DNA of 64,000 nt from Candidatus Lambdaproteobacteria bacterium RIFOXYD2_FULL_56_26 (lineage in GTDB: Bacteria; SAR324; XYD2-FULL-50-16), in contig MFNF01000055.1 of assembly GCA_001783715.1 (NCBI GenBank), forward strand, positions 2,849 to 66,848, read 5' to 3'. The notes beneath the pieces are model-generated. The model was not told the DNA's origin, made no database searches, and saw only the letters and a program-made list of their open reading frames with translations. Each line of letters opens with the position of its first letter. Positions within the stretch are counted from its first letter, which is position 1. The position numbers and the translations under genes are program-made. This document shows positions 62,684 to 64,000 of this stretch, piece by piece.

Positions 62684-63714
62684 CCCAACCGCTCCAAAGC
62701 CAACTCCCCAACCTGCCGGGCCGAAAGGCCTACCAGGCAAGCTTGGGTGTCCTTGATCCGGCACTTTCCCTTGCCGTTTCGGCTGCAAGGGCGGCAGGGC
62801 AGATCCCGTTCGACCACCAAACTTTGGGGCAAAAACGGTGCAAAACCAAATTCTTGGACCGTAGGGCCAAACAGGGCCAAGACCGGACGGCCCACCGCCT
62901 CGCTGAAATGGACGATCGCCGAATCGTTGCTCACCGCCAACGTCGCCTGGGACAGCAGGGCGGCACTTTCCAGGAAGTCCAGTTTTCCGCTCAGATCCTT
63001 GATCTTCCCTTGGGAAGCCTCTTCCAGCCACGGGGGCTCCAGGTCCCCCGGACCGCCCAAGGCCACCAGCCCAAAACCCCGTTCTGCCAGCTCCAACCCC
63101 AACTCCAAAAAAGATTCCTTGGGCCAACATTTGAGCCCAAAGGAGGCGGAAGGCCCCAGGGCGACCAGAGGCTTGCCTTCAAGGCCCGTTTGGGCCAGGA
63201 TGGCCTTGGCTTTGGTTTGGGCTTGTGGGCTGGGGAAAAGCTCGGTGTGTCCTTGCAACTTGAGCCCCTGGGCCAAGGGCTCCAAAAGTTTGAGGTAGGC
63301 CCGCCGCTGGGCCTGGGGGCCTTGGAACCGGTTGATCTTGAAGGCCAAGAGCAGATTCCGGTTGAGGCTCCGTTTGTCGATCTTTTTGACCTTGGGGCTG
63401 AAGGCTCCAAAAGCCTTGAAGAGCAAAAGGCGGCTGCGGAGGGACCGGTGTAGGTCAAAGGCCAAGTCGTAGTCCTGGGCCTTGATTTGACGGGCCCAAA
63501 GGTCCAGCTGGGCGGAGTCCTTGCGGTCAAACTCCCAAACCTGGGTCAGGTGCGGGTTGCCCTCAAAAAGGGGGGCAAAGGTCCGGGAGGTCAAAAGGTC
63601 CACCTGGGCTTTGGGGAACAACCGTTTCAGTTCCCGGTAAAAGGGGGTGGTCAGGATCAGGTCTCCCAGAGAGGAAAACCGGACCACCAAAATTTTTTTC
63701 ACCCCATTGGGCAT
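62680..63714 (-). CDS. Family 9 glycosyltransferase (heptosyltransferase-like)
   Basis: Start at ATG 63714 (MPNGVKKILVVRFSSLGDLILTTPFYRELKRLFP). C-terminal SNDSAIVHFSEAVGRPVLALFGPT. Confidence 0.8.
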   Translation of the reverse strand: MPNGVKKILVVRFSSLGDLILTTPFYRELKRLFPKAQVDLLTSRTFAPLFEGNPHLTQVWEFDRKDSAQLDLWARQIKAQDYDLAFDLHRSLRSRLLLFKAFGAFSPKVKKIDKRSLNRNLLLAFKINRFQGPQAQRRAYLKLLEPLAQGLKLQGHTELFPSPQAQTKAKAILAQTGLEGKPLVALGPSASFGLKCWPKESFLELGLELAERGFGLVALGGPGDLEPPWLEEASQGKIKDLSGKLDFLESAALLSQATLAVSNDSAIVHFSEAVGRPVLALFGPTVQEFGFAPFLPQSLVVERDLPCRPCSRNGKGKCRIKDTQACLVGLSARQVGELALERLG

Positions 63715-64000
63715 GGTTGGCACCTTGTGGTATCGCAGCGTAAAGGAAGCTCCCCAAAAAATCTTGGTCTGCCGGACCGACCGGATCGGGGATTTTGTCT
63801 CCAGCCTGCCGGTTTTTGAGGTGTTAGGCAACCGGTTGGGGCTCAAGGTTTCGGTCTTGTGCCGCCCTCTGACCGCTCCTTTGCTGGAGAACAACCCCTT
63901 TGTCTCCCAGGTCATCTTGTACCAGCCACAGCGGACCAAGGAGGTGCTGGAGGAGATCAAGGCCGCCGACTTTGGGGCCATCCTGGCCTTGGTCAACGAC
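63713..64000 (+). CDS. Family 9 glycosyltransferase (heptosyltransferase-like), N-terminal part (3' end outside the window)
   Basis: Not in the ORF track because no stop falls within the window. My translation from ATG 63713 is MVGTLWYRSVKEAPQKILVCRTDRIGDFVSSLPVFEVLGNRLGLKVSVLCRPLTAPLLENNPFVSQVILY. The real start could be a later TTG. Confidence 0.6.
   Translation, partial: MVGTLWYRSVKEAPQKILVCRTDRIGDFVSSLPVFEVLGNRLGLKVSVLCRPLTAPLLENNPFVSQVILYQPQRTKEVLEEIKAADFGAILALVND

Noticed and set aside
1-64000. rRNA, tRNA, CRISPR arrays, IS elements and prophage genes
   Set aside because: Scanning the intergenic spacers (all under ~215 nt) and the translations revealed no cloverleaf-like segments, no regularly spaced repeats, and no transposase, integrase or phage signatures.

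Overview
Compact bacterial chromosomal segment. I recognised no rRNA, tRNA, CRISPR array, transposase or integrase. I call 54 protein-coding regions, many joined by 1-4 nt start/stop overlaps.

Positions ~0.9-40.2 kb form an unusually large cell-envelope glycan/glycolipid locus:
- four cobalamin-type (class B) radical SAM enzymes
- six GT2/GT4 glycosyltransferases
- five large polytopic GT-C/YfhO/ArnT/Wzy-like membrane proteins
- two paralogous UPF0104 flippase-like proteins and a Wzx/MOP flippase
- a DegT aminotransferase, an AsnB-type amidotransferase and three extended-SDR sugar enzymes
- a 1175-aa membrane protein carrying two PAN/Apple-like Cys-rich modules and a G10 homopolymer

A ~6.5 kb low-GC block (about 26.4-32.85 kb) encodes a polyprenyl-phosphate GT2, AsnB, a B12-type radical SAM, an SDR and a UPF0104 protein. 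It sits next to an ArnT/PMT-like GT-C. I consider this the best candidate for an undescribed lipid-carrier sugar-tailoring and periplasmic glycosylation system.

The right part (40.3-64 kb) is mostly housekeeping:
- an AmiC-like amidase with an unusual TPR-AMIN fusion, then mutS
- a radical-SAM-like protein with a Cx8Cx2C motif plus an SDR, then an FKBP isomerase
- a MoxR-DUF58-VWA (Bat-like) operon with crcB embedded
- accD, hemL and an outer-membrane beta-barrel
- an MBL hydrolase, amrB (Memo-like) and a cNMP-binding protein
- a head-to-head pair of GT9 genes

All function calls rest on motif-level reading of the supplied translations. Start codons were chosen by hand and no database search or folding was possible. 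Family names are hypotheses of varying strength, as reflected in the confidences.
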